Shown here piece by piece: positions 51,343 through 64,000 of a stretch of 64,000 nt of DNA. Within the stretch, counting starts at the first letter, position 1. Each line of letters opens with the position of its first letter. The notes beneath the pieces were generated by a model. That model had not been told where the DNA came from. It did no database searches and was given only the letters and a program-made list of their open reading frames with translations. The stretch is taken from assembly GCF_009914755.1 (NCBI RefSeq), contig NC_060938.1. One strand, written 5' to 3'. Source of the stretch: the human T2T-CHM13v2.0 reference genome, Homo sapiens. The position numbers and the translations under genes are program-made.

Positions 51343-52348
51343 TGGTCTAATGGATGATTCAGCAATGAACAAATTTGGAATTGTCTGGAAGAATCAAGAT
51401 GGGTGATTAAACATTTTCTTGGGCATTTCTTAGTTCACACATACAACTCTGAGGATGGGGATAATCTTAAATGCTGAGTTAATAAAGATTTTTGACGAGA
51501 ACAAAGCCATAGTTGAATAATTCTGTGAGGTAGAGCTTCAAAAGTGATTGAAACTTGTTATGAAGAGAAGTACAAGACTATATGCTGTTTTAGTTTTTTG
51601 TTTTGGGAGTAGAAAGTGGGTTGGAACAATTTCAGTGAAGTTTGTGCCAAGCTGCACTCAAGGTAGTCAAGTGGGGTTAGATAGTTTTTCAAGAAGAACG
51701 AAGGAAAGTGCATGACTATCATTGGGAAGGTTGTCCTAGAGGCAAAGCTGACAGGTAACATTCAGGTTATAAACTAGGAAAACAATACATGTATGGGGGA
51801 TTTAAAAAACAGTGTACATGTGTATATGTGTGTGTTTGTAACAGGAGTAGACAATTGACTGAGTAGGCTGGTGTCAGGTATATGCTAAAAGAGTAATGTT
51901 CATTTTCAGTATAGTATAAAAAAAGAGAATTGAATCACAGCTGCCTAAATTTAAAAATCAGTGTTGTAACTGCTTTCAAATAATCAATAATTTGACTTTT
52001 AGAAACCTTCAGGGCTTGTTATTTTACCTACAGTAGTAGGAAGTATGGCTATTAAATGATTGAACTTTATTTTTACCCAACATACTAGAGCATATGAGTG
52101 ATAACCCACAGAGCAGACACTGGAGGAGGGGAATGTAGCTATAAATGTATTTTAATGATGGTGTCATTACAGCGGCGTAAGAAAATTTGTTTCATGTTTT
52201 AGAGTCACACTTTTTGTTCAAAAGTAGCATTTCCAATGTAGGTAAACCACTTTTTGATAACAAATATCTCCAAATCAAAACTATGTTTATTTTATGAAGA
52301 TTTGTCACTCTGACAATATTATAAACATTATATTAAGACTTTAAAGCA

Positions 52349-53087
52349 GGCCAGGCATGGTGCCTCATGCCTGTAATCACAGCATTTTGGAGGCTGAGAT
52401 GGGAGGATTGCTTGAGCCCAGGAATTTGAGATCAGCCTGGGCAACATGGTGATACCCCATCTTTACAAATAATTAAAAAATCAGCCGGGTGTGGTGGTGT
52501 GTGCCTGTAGGCCCAGCCATTTGTGAGGCTGAGTTGGGAGGATCACTTGAGCACGGGAGGTCAAGGCTGCCGGTAAGCTGAGATTGTACCACTGCGCTCC
52601 AGCCTGGATAGTAGAGTGAGACTGTCTCAAAAAAAAAAAAAAAAAAAGACTTACAAGAGACTTTAAAGCAGCTACAAAAGTTGAATCCCAAAGCTTTTTA
52701 TGAAATGTCAGTGTCAGCGTTATGGAAATAAATGTAGAACTCTCTGAGGTGACTGTTCTTATTGCAAGAATCTTTTTTTGTTTTTGTTTTTTTTTTGAGA
52801 CAGGGTATCACTCTGTTGCCCAGGCTGTAGTGCTGTAGTGCTTTCATGGCTTACTGCAGCCTCGACCCCTGGGGCAGAATCTATCCTCCCAGCTCAGCCT
52901 CCTGAGTAGCTGGGACTGTAGACACATACCACCACGCCCAGCTAATTTTTTTTTTTTTTTGATATTTTTTGTAGAGACAGGGTTTCTCTGTGTTGCCCAG
53001 GCTGGTCTCGAACTCTGAGCTCAAGCGACCTGCCCACCTCGGCCACCCAAAATGTTGGGATTACAGGGGTAAGCCATTGCACCAGCC
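52349..53087. mobile_element. Tail-to-tail AluJ pair (+ 52349-52647; - 52773-53087)
   Basis: J diagnostics; flanking repeat agactttaaagcag. Confidence 0.92.
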
Positions 53088-53723
53088 AAGAATGTTCTTT
53101 TGAAAATGTGTTATGCCATATTTATTTTAAAAGTCCCACTGAATTTTTAATACATATAAAATACTGAAATATGAGTTGTGTAATTGGAAAAATGTCAATG
53201 TAAATGAAAAGAGACACTTTTTCTGTTCTGAAGCTTCAAAATATTAAAGATCATCGTTCATATTTTCCTGGGGAATTTTTATTTTTAGTCATAATAGTAA
53301 ATGAGCAGCCGTCAGAAGATATAGCCATTTCTAGGTTTAGAATTCCTTTTCTTTATATAGTTCTCTTGAATACTTGTCTTTAAGAAAATAGACATTAAGG
53401 ATTTCTTGAGTAATCAAATACTACTTTGATATTTGTACAGAGCATGAGAGCAAGACTAGAACCACATTAAAGCAGGAAGAATAATTAAAAGTTTTGTAAC
53501 ATAGCAAAGAATAGATGGGGTAATTTACAATGGAAAAGTAGACGTACAGAACATCATTAGATGGGATATAGAAAGCTCTCTTTAAAAAAGGGATATCAGA
53601 TCAAATAGACTGAAGAATTTGTATCCTACAAGTTAAGTAAAAAATGAGATGAGCAATTAATGAGAAAATGTGCTCTAAAATACTTGGTTGCATTGATTGG
53701 CAATTCTTTTCCACTTCCTATAG

Positions 53724-54362
<639 letters not shown>

Positions 54363-55248
54363 CTACTTCTTCCTAGGGCCTGATTCCAGTGTACTGCTCT
54401 TAGACTTTGTAGGTTCACTTTTTTTTTTTTTTAATGTAAGATCAAGACTATCCAACAGAAGCTTCTTCAGCTTTGCTTTTCTCTCTCTCTAAATTGTGTA
54501 AGTTCTGTCTCCCATTTGGTGTCAGGGATATGCAATATGCCCTTTAGGTTTTCATGGCTACCTCTTTTATCCCTTCTACTGTTAGAATGTATAGGATCAT
54601 TAATTAACTCTTTTATCATTTTTATTTTAATCTTCCCTAGCAACAATTTAATGGCTTAAACAAAAACCTTTCCTTATTATTATTATTTTTAAATACTGTG
54701 CAACAGGCCAAAGGAAAAAAAACAATTTATGTCTGTTGTTTCAATTTGGTTACCTTATTTTTTACTAAAACTGTTCTTTCTGTTGTTACCAGTGACCTTC
54801 TGAATTGCCAAATGGGGATTCTTCAGTCTTGTTGCTTCAGATTTAACACTGTGAACCACTTTTCCTCCTCCCTTCTCCTTATAACTTTGCTGTCCTCTTG
54901 GCTCATTTACAAAGTCAACTTGTTTCTCAAGTATTTGCCTTACATGTTTTTCATTCTCTAGATTCTTTTTCTTGAAATGTTACCTATTCTTTTGGCTTTA
55001 GTGAGAATCTCTTCCAGGTGACCCCTATACTGTAAGTTCCTGAACGTCAGTTTCCAGCTGGAGATTGTCATCTAATTGTCATGCTGTCATGCTTAACCCA
55101 CTCAAATTTGAATTTTCTTTTCTTTTAAAATGTATTTTTTCTACTTTCCTTTTTTTTTTTTTAAATTATTGGCTTTTCCTTCCCATTATCCAAACTTGAA
55201 TTGTGAATCATCTTTGTATTCCCCGTCAGATTCATTCGCTTGTCAAAC

Positions 55249-55909
55249 TATCAGAGGCCTGTGAACCAGAGCAATTGCATCTTAAACAGGAGTTGGGTAA
55301 AATGAGGCTAAAACCTACTGGGCTGCATTCCCAGACAGTTAAGACATTCTAAGTCACAGGATGAGATAGGAGGTCGGCACAAAATACAGGTCATAAAGAC
55401 CTTGCTAATAAAACAGGTTGCAGTTAAGGAGCCAGCCAAAACCCACCAAAACCAAAATGGCAATGAGAGTGACCTCTGGTCATCCTCACTGCTACACTTC
55501 CATTAGCACCGCTCTATGACAGCTTACAAATGCCATGGCAATGTCAGGAAGTTACCCTGTATGGTCTAAAAATGGGAGACATAAATAATCCACCCCTTAT
55601 TTACCGTATCATCAAGAAATAGCCATAAAAATAGGCAACCAACAGCCCCCGAGACTGCTCTGCCCATGGAGTAGCCATTCTTTTATGCCTTTACTTTAAT
55701 AAACTTGCTTTCACTTTGCACTGTGGACTCGCCCTGAATTCTTTCTTGTGTGAAATCCAAAAACCCTCTCTTGGGATCTGGATTAGGACCCCTTTCCTGT
55801 AACATGTTTCTCTGTCCTGTAACCTATTTCTGGCAACCACGGAAGAGACTATAGTGCAGAAACCCTGACCCAACGGCTACCTTTGGGTAAGTGTTGGGAT
55901 CCTGTAACA
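55249..55909 (+). mobile_element. MER41A LTR (55249-55804) plus PBS/leader remnant (55805-55909)
   Basis: tatcagaggc...ctgggctgcattcccagac...aataaacttgctttc...tttcctgtaaca; TSD AAAC at 55245-55248 and 55910-55913. Confidence 0.9.
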
Positions 55910-56519
55910 AAACTGCGAATTCTATCACTACAGTGTTTATCTCATTCATCTGCTTTTTTCTGTTTCATTTTTTTTTGATAACAGTTTAGGTTCTCATTAC
56001 CACTAACATATAAATATATAATTATAATTCAGTAATTGCTATGATGAAGGGTGAGGTGGCAGAGGAAGTTCTAGTAGGATATGGTACATAGTGATGATTA
56101 GCTTAGCATCAAAAACAAGTAGGGGCATTCCAGGAAGACAAACTGAAGAAAGGCTTATTAGGAGTGTGCTATGTGTTTGTTGTCAACTTGTGAGACTTCT
56201 TCTTTAATCCTTACTGCAGTTGTGTGCTTTTCGTATTTGCATATGCTATTGCCTTTCTTCAGATATTGATTAAAATTTGTGAAAGAGCATGCAATGGCAG
56301 AATGACACAAAGTAACATACATCTTTATTACCTAGCTTTAAGTGAGTAGAGTGGTAAAATGTAAGGTAATGAAAAGTGAGTACTGCCTGCACTGAAGATT
56401 TAAAACCTGATATAATTTGCATTAAAAGCTGTCTTGAAGGTTTTTCACTATTTGTAATGTAAATCTTCAGTAGGCAGCTGTTCTCAGTCTACTGTTGTTA
56501 TATGTGGCTTTATCTTTTA

Positions 56520-56541
56520 TTTCTACCTCTCTTCTGTCTCT

Positions 56542-56572
<31 letters not shown>

Positions 56573-56712
56573 GTTGCCCAGGTTGGAACACAGTGGCTAT
56601 TCACAGATGTGATCATAGAGCACTGCAACCTGAAACTCCTGGCCTCAAGCCGTCCTCCTGCTTCAGCCTCCTCAGTAGCTAGGGCTAAAAATGTGTGCCA
56701 CCAGGCTCAGCT
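56520..56712 (-). mobile_element. Alu monomer with (CT)n tail
   Basis: FRAM/J-like arm. Confidence 0.8.
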
Positions 56713-57569
56713 ATTTCTACCTCTTTCAAATGTGTGTGATTGCCCTACAGTGGGGTTGGGTAATATCTTGATATTAGTAGCCACTAATACTGAAAATAAC
56801 TGAAGGCCACAGCAAGTAAAGAGAGAATTTACTATTTTTGTTTCCTTAGAGAAGCCAAATATTTTGTGATTTTAAAATGGGAAGCATTAAAAACAACAAT
56901 TCTAAAATGCCTTATACAGAAAGGTGATTTATTGGCTATGTAAATAGGAAGAATAGAGATGGAGAAGTCCAGGAACAACCAGATCCAGGAACTTAGATGC
57001 TGTCTTCAGAGTATTCTAGCTTCATTTTATTTTTTCTCCTGTTGGCCTCATTTTCTGCTTATGTTAGAAAGCTTCTTTCATGGCAAGGATGCATGGCCTC
57101 AGACAGCTGAGAACTTAGTTCCCTAGGATGGCCTCTGACAGGCTTATCTCTGGGCTAATCACTGTGGGGAATTGTCGTTGACATTAACATCAGAACCACA
57201 CAAATCGGGGGTAGTGTCAGTTCCCCAGAGGATAGATGTTGTTAACCAGAGAAATAGGGAAAAGGAATTTGAAGTAGCAAAAACAATGTAAAGCCATTTC
57301 AGAGGCAGAAGAAAGAAAAGGCAATAGTAGACACAGTGAAAGAGAAATACTTACATAGGAGAGAGAAGCAGGGAAAGGGAAGGGAACTAGAATTTAAGAA
57401 TTCAAAACTAAGAATTTACTGTGTGGTAAGCCTGTGTTAAGCGTTTTACATTTTATCTTTACAGCTCAGTGGAGGCAGCTGTATTATCTCCAGAGGATAA
57501 CCATTTGTAGATCTGGTAGTGAAAAGCCCCCCCACCTTTTTTTTCTTTTATCCCAATTTGGCATATTTC

Positions 57570-58665
57570 CTTTATTTTTTATACAACTTTTTTCATTTTT
57601 AAATTATGCATTAATACATTAAAATCCACACTGCAATACACAGTTCTATGGATTTTGGCAAATGCATATAATATGTATCTACCCTCATAATCAAGACACA
57701 GAACTCCTGCTGCCCATTTGTAGTTAACCTCTCCCCCTAAGTTCATCGCCCTGGAAAACACTGATCTATTCTCTATGGCTACCATTTTACTTTTCCGAAT
57801 GTCATACACAGTTGTCACTCCTTATCTGAGGGAAATTAGTTCCAAAACCCCTTCAGATACTAAAATTCACAGATGCTCAGGTCCCTTATGTAAAATGACC
57901 TAGTGTTTACATATACACACACATCCTCCTGGTACTCCAGTCATCGCTAAATATAATATACAATGTAAATACTATATACATCGTTGTTATGTTGTTTATA
58001 TGTATTATTTTTGTTGTATTTTTTTTACTATAATATTTTCTATCCATATTGGTTGAATTCTCAGATATGGAACTAGTGGATATGGAGGGCCAACTGTAAG
58101 TGACATTGTAGTTATATAGACTTTTGGATCAGCCTCTTTTACTTAGAAAATTCATTGAGATTCATTTATGTTGCGTGTATCAATAGTTCGTTCCTTTACA
58201 TTGCTGAGTAGTAATCTGTGGTATGAATGTACCATGGTTAGTTTATCCATTTGTCTGTTGAAAGACGTTTAGCTTATTGCTGGTTTTTGGCAATTATGAA
58301 TAAAACTGCTATAGACATTCATGTATAGCTTTGTGTGTGATCATAAGTTTTCATTTCACTTGGGTAAATACCTAGGAGCAGATTGCTGGATGATATGGTA
58401 AGCATATGTGTAATTTTGTATGAAACTGCCAAATTGTTTTCCAAAGTGGTTGTACCATTTTGCATTTCCACCAACGATGTTTGAGAGTTCCAGTTGCTCT
58501 ACATCCTTACTAGCACTTGGTAGTATCTGTTCCTTTTTCTTTCTTTTTTTTTTTTTTAATTTTAGCTCTTATAATAGGTGTATAGTTGTATATCATGTGG
58601 TTTTAGTTTGCATTTTCTTACAATTGACTTTTGGTGTATTTTTATTTTCGTGTGCTTTAAGATAT
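57570..58665 (-). mobile_element. L1M 3' fragment containing MER2 (57809-58096)
   Basis: L1 motifs (gtttatccatt, ttttccaaagtggttgtaccattttgcatt); MER2 cagttg...gatatggagggccaactg|ta. Confidence 0.8.
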
Positions 58666-58671
58666 CTTCCC

Positions 58672-59460
<789 letters not shown>

Positions 59461-61029
59461 TCAACTGTACCACACAATTCCAGGGGACATCATTCACATA
59501 AAATTTTTTTTTCTTTTTTCCTACTGGAGTTGTGCAGTGTAGCAGTCTGGGCTATATATTTACAGTTATTATCTAGGATTATCAGTGATTAGGTTCCATG
59601 GAAAATTTGAGTACTACCAAATGATGCATTTAAAAAGCATTTTTCAATGTTTCTCTGAAATGAAATTTTTGTCCAGGAGCTAGTTCTGAAGAAATGCCCT
59701 ACAGGCAGTATGTCTAATGGATCAGACCTGGGAGACATAAAGGCCTATTTCAGGTACTCAACTCTGCCATTTACTGCATGAGTGACCTTGGGCATCTTGT
59801 CTAGCTTCTTTGAGTTCATTCTTTATCAGCAAAACAGGATTGATAATCTCTCCTTTTTATAGATGTGACAAGAATTATAAATAATGCATGTAAAATATCT
59901 GATGTAGAGCAGACCTCTTCAAGTTGCAACTGCTTTTACTTCTGTTTATTAGCACTTAGTACTGATTAGCCACAGCTTTTTATCAAACAAAAGCTTAGGG
60001 TATCAGCAAAGCAGAAAGAAAAGAATTTGAAAAACAATTGAAAGCATTTACTACCTAACATTTAAAAAAATACTGAAGTAGAATTAGGAAAGAAATAAGA
60101 ATTTATTGGATTAAATGTTAGCTGTTTAGTATTGTTTTTATTTTGTATTTAATAGGGAGAGAATAGAGGGCTATACTATTATATTTTCTGTACTTGGGAC
60201 CTCCAAAGGTCTTAATTTGGTCTTATCACCACTAACACCACCACTGCCATCTCCATGTCATGCTTATGTTAAAGAAAGACTTTGAAATACGTCACCTAAT
60301 GTTTAGGGTCGTAGAAATGCAATTTACTGTTTTGGGACTAGAGTACATGAATTCATATTACTTGACATCATTAGTTCTTCCCAGTAAAATGAGAATATTT
60401 GAGGTCCCAGAGTATTTTATAAGGTTTTAAAAACTTCATAATTTCTTAATGTTTTTTTGTTATTACCCATAGTGATTACAATAAAATCCTTAAAACAGCA
60501 AGGAAGGAGAACCAAGGAGATTAGATGTGCTTTATGGATGCAAGGAGAGAGGTTTAGCAAGCAATGGAGTAGGGAGTAAAGAAGAGGAGTTTAGCCTGAG
60601 TTTCTGGATCTAGGAAGTAATGTAGAAGTCTTAACTGTAGAAGAGTCTTTATAGTGATAGTGATTTTTTTTCTTTGATTTTAAATTATTTCTGCTTTGGT
60701 GTTTTCTGTTTGTTGGACATGTTGGTTTCATACCTCTGTATAGTAAAGAGGTTTTAAAACTTTGACCCAAACTATTTTGGCTCACACTTTTACTTCTCAT
60801 ATGGGCTTTTATAATAATATGGAGAGAGGGGATAAGAAGTTGTCTAAAGTAAAATCAAAAGTTGTTTGTCCATTTCCTCTCTCAAGTAAGAATATATCAA
60901 GAATATTTCAGTCTAGCCATTTTGTAGCTTGAGATTAGAGAAGGAAAGTTTACATTCACATGTTACCTTCATCTGCCTTTCTTGTCTTTGACCTGTTACA
61001 ACAGAAATTAGGCAGTTTTTTTTTTCCCC

Positions 61030-61440
61030 TCACATATTCATTCTCTGCTTCTCTCAAGTTAATGAAACCTAGATAGAGGGCCCAATTGCCACTTGCTGAA
61101 AGAACAAATTTCTGAAGTTCTCTTGTAGCAAGTTACTACCTTGTGACTAAATTCTGGTCAGTTAGATGTCAGTAGAAGTATTTGGTATTTCCCAGAAGTC
61201 TATTTAAAGGAAGAGCTTTACCATTCTTTATCATTTTTTCCAGCTGCCAACTTAGATCATGAGGATAGGGGCTATACTTGTAAGGATGGTAGAATGGAGA
61301 GCTGGAAAGACCCTGTATATTTATGTCATGGTAGAGCAGCTCTGGAGTATTATCAGATTATTTTATGTGAGAGAGAAATAAACTTCTGTTTTGTTTATGC
61401 CATAGTTATTTTGGATTTTCTTATTATGCATTGCTGAACC
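61030..61440 (+). mobile_element. Old MLT1-type LTR
   Basis: gagagaaataaacttctgttttgttta...gctgaacc 3' motif. Confidence 0.55.
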
Positions 61441-62603
61441 CACGATCCTTCACACCTCCATCTAAGGCATCTTCCCTTCTGCTTCCTGTTCTGTGGTTGA
61501 ACTCTTGGTGCTGTTTCATCTCTCCACTGCTAAGTCCCTGAATTCTCTTGCTCTCCACATTTTCTATAATGATTGTTCACAGGCACAGTGTTGCAGTTAG
61601 AAGCTGCTATGCATTGCTAGTTATGTAGCACCTGAAATTTTAATTTTTTAAAAAGAAACTTTAACAGGAATATGAAGGAATGTGTAAGCACAGTTACACA
61701 TATTTTATTTCCTAATGAAAAATATAATTTCTAAAGAACGATGTGTCCATTAAGTCTCCCCTGCCCTCCAATTTTAGTTGATACAGATTGGTTTGGCTAA
61801 TTGGCTGCCAGCAGTTCCTCTAGAGAATATGTCTAGATCACTAACAGACCCCTTTTTACTTGCCTCTTTTGGAAAACTCATCCTATCCCTACCCTAGTAA
61901 CATGATCCAAATGGAAGCTTGTTACTGTCACAGTTATTGGTTCAAGGATGGATATGTAAGCAAAAATACCAGCTCTGTCCTGGGTTTTTAGAACTGCATC
62001 TAGCAGAAAGGAGATCCTCTCTACTTTTGAGGCTATAAGGATGTGGACAAACTGGTTTAGGAGGATCATAGTAATAATACTCAGAACAGAAGTAGAGATG
62101 GAGGGAAACAAGTCAGTCTTCCTCAGAGAATGGACATGTACCTCATATAGGCTAATTAGAATATTTTGTTTAGTAACTTGATAATTTCAAGTCAGACTCT
62201 GTTGGGCACTTGAACTGGAGGGTCATGTGAAGGACAGAAGTTTCTTTAAAGCCATACTCCTAAATGTAAATAAATATATTTAAAAAATTTTAAAGGGTGA
62301 TAGAAACTATTTCCTTTCTTACTTTGAAGGGGGTTCCTAGCTGGTACATAATTCATACTGTCTCAGTTATTCAAACAAATTACTCATTTAATAAAGCGTT
62401 TCATGGAGAGGAAAAGAAACTACAAGTTTTTTCTCTATGGATGTGGAGTACTTTTAAAGGAAAATAAATGCTCCCTTAAACACCAATAGCAACAATAAAA
62501 TATGCACAAAAGCCTCCTAGTGTTGAGAAACCATCACGTAAGTGCTGAGCACTCTAGTTCTGCTCGTGGATCTCTTTACAAATAGAAAATTATCTTATCT
62601 CTT

Positions 62604-62706
62604 ATGTTTGTTAAAGCATTATTTGCCATAGCTAAGATATAGAATCAACCTAAGTGTTCATCAACACATGAATGGATAAAGAAAATGTGTGTGTGTGTGT
62701 GTGTAC

Positions 62707-62757
<51 letters not shown>

Positions 62758-63410
62758 CACACAGTGGAATACTGTTCAGCTTTTCAGGAGAAGGAAGTCT
62801 TGATATTTATAAGAACATGGAAGAACTTGGAGGACATTATGCTAAGTGAAATAAGCCAGACACAGAAAGACAAATACTGCGTGGTCTCACTTATATGTAG
62901 AATCTAACAAAGTTAGACTCATAGAAGCAGAGAATATAATGGTGATTACCAGGAGCTGTCAGCTGGGGAGAAATGGGGAGATGTGGTTAAAGTGTACAAA
63001 GTTTCAGGTATTTAGAGGAATAAATTCTGGAGATCCAGTGTACAGCATGGTTGACTGTAGTTAATAATAAAGTGTTGTATACTTGAAAATTGCTTAGAAA
63101 GTAGTTTTTTTTTTTTTTAAATTGAAATGGGATCTCACTGTGTTGCCCAGGCTTATCTAGAATTCCTGGGCACAAGCAATCTTCCTGCCTCAGCCTACTT
63201 AGTAGCTGGGATTACAGACATATGCCACCATGCCCAGCTAGAGAGTAGATTTTAAGTGTCCTTACTATTAAAACAAAAAAAGCTTGGATATATGAGATAA
63301 TAGGTATGTTAATTAGCTTGATTTAATCATTCCACAGCGTACACATATATGAAAACATCCAGTTGTACACAATACATATGTGTAACTTCTATTTGCCAAT
63401 TAAAATGAAG
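62604..63410 (+). mobile_element. L1MA-type 3' end with an Alu monomer (- 63104-63238)
   Basis: gaatggataaagaaaatgtg, ggaggacattatgctaagtgaaataagccagacacagaaagacaaatac. Confidence 0.88.
62686..62763. repeat. Compound (TG)n(TA)n(CA)n microsatellite
   Basis: Directly visible. Confidence 0.97.
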
Positions 63411-64000
63411 TTTAAACATTGTATCCATCTGGAGTTCCTCTTGTGGGAAAATGACTTCTTTGGCCACCTAAGGTCTTTTTTTTTAAACTCTTAAATTTGA
63501 GACATCTATAGTTGGTATAATTGGTAAGTCACAAGTATTAGTGAGAATTTTATTTGGGTCCATGAAGAACCAATACAGGCAATAAAACACACCAAGAATT
63601 AGGGAAAAGCTAAAGCATAGTCCAATTATCTCAATTATTGTAAATGAGAAGTACCCTTCACCTAAATGAGGCTGAGTAGAAACTTCCTTACCTCTGCAAC
63701 AATTTATAACTGTGGAATTAGAATTTAGATTCAAGCTAGCAAAACTAGAGCTACATTTTATACTCAAAACTATGTCTGCCACTTAAAAGAGGAAAAAAAA
63801 GAATGAATATAAGCTGGTTATATTGAAGTATATTTTACACAGATTTTTTTTAGTAGTTAATTTCTTATTTAGATAACTAGGAAGGGTAAGTGGAAAGATA
63901 CATATGTTTTTAAAGAGGGGCAGGTAACTTTTAATTTTCTTTGTAACTTTCAGAATTTCTTTCCCTACTTGATATATGGAGACCTACTGTAGAGGATGTT

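Noticed and set aside
55249-55804. MER41 as an interferon-gamma (STAT1) enhancer
   Set aside because: This is the MER41A-type copy; the tandem GAS motifs typical of MER41B are not visible
63483-63782. 99-aa ORF with a hydrophobic TM-like stretch
   Set aside because: GTG start, AT-rich antisense intron, no recognisable family

Overview
Human (primate) genomic DNA that is very Alu-rich and contains no recognisable protein-coding exon. Its centre is a ~2 kb CpG island (~34.5-36.5 kb). I recognise it from recalled mRNA 5'UTR sequence (no database check) as the promoter region of FUT8 (alpha-1,6-fucosyltransferase, 14q23.3). Two alternative non-coding first exons lie on +, with donors after 34758 and 35979, probably overlapped by the antisense lncRNA FUT8-AS1. 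Bases 36-64 kb are FUT8 intron 1 and bases 1-34 kb are upstream DNA. The rest is transposon debris: roughly 60 Alus, a two-LTR THE1 element, a near full-length Tigger2, MER41A, MER6A, MER53, MER2, MLT/MST LTRs, L1, L2 and MIR. Almost all ORFs in the track are Alu, THE1, Tigger or GC-content artefacts. I see no new protein-coding system. The most unusual signals are: (1) a ~215-bp inverted copy of neighbouring DNA written into an Alu, a template-switch scar; (2) a 100%-identical 134-bp Alu tandem duplication; (3) a sense MER41A LTR in intron 1 that keeps its PBS, leader and a strong splice donor inside the target-site duplication (TSD); (4) a palindromic STAT/NF-kB-like motif cluster upstream of the promoter. 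Repeat subfamily names come from recalled consensus sequences and boundaries are approximate unless TSDs are quoted.
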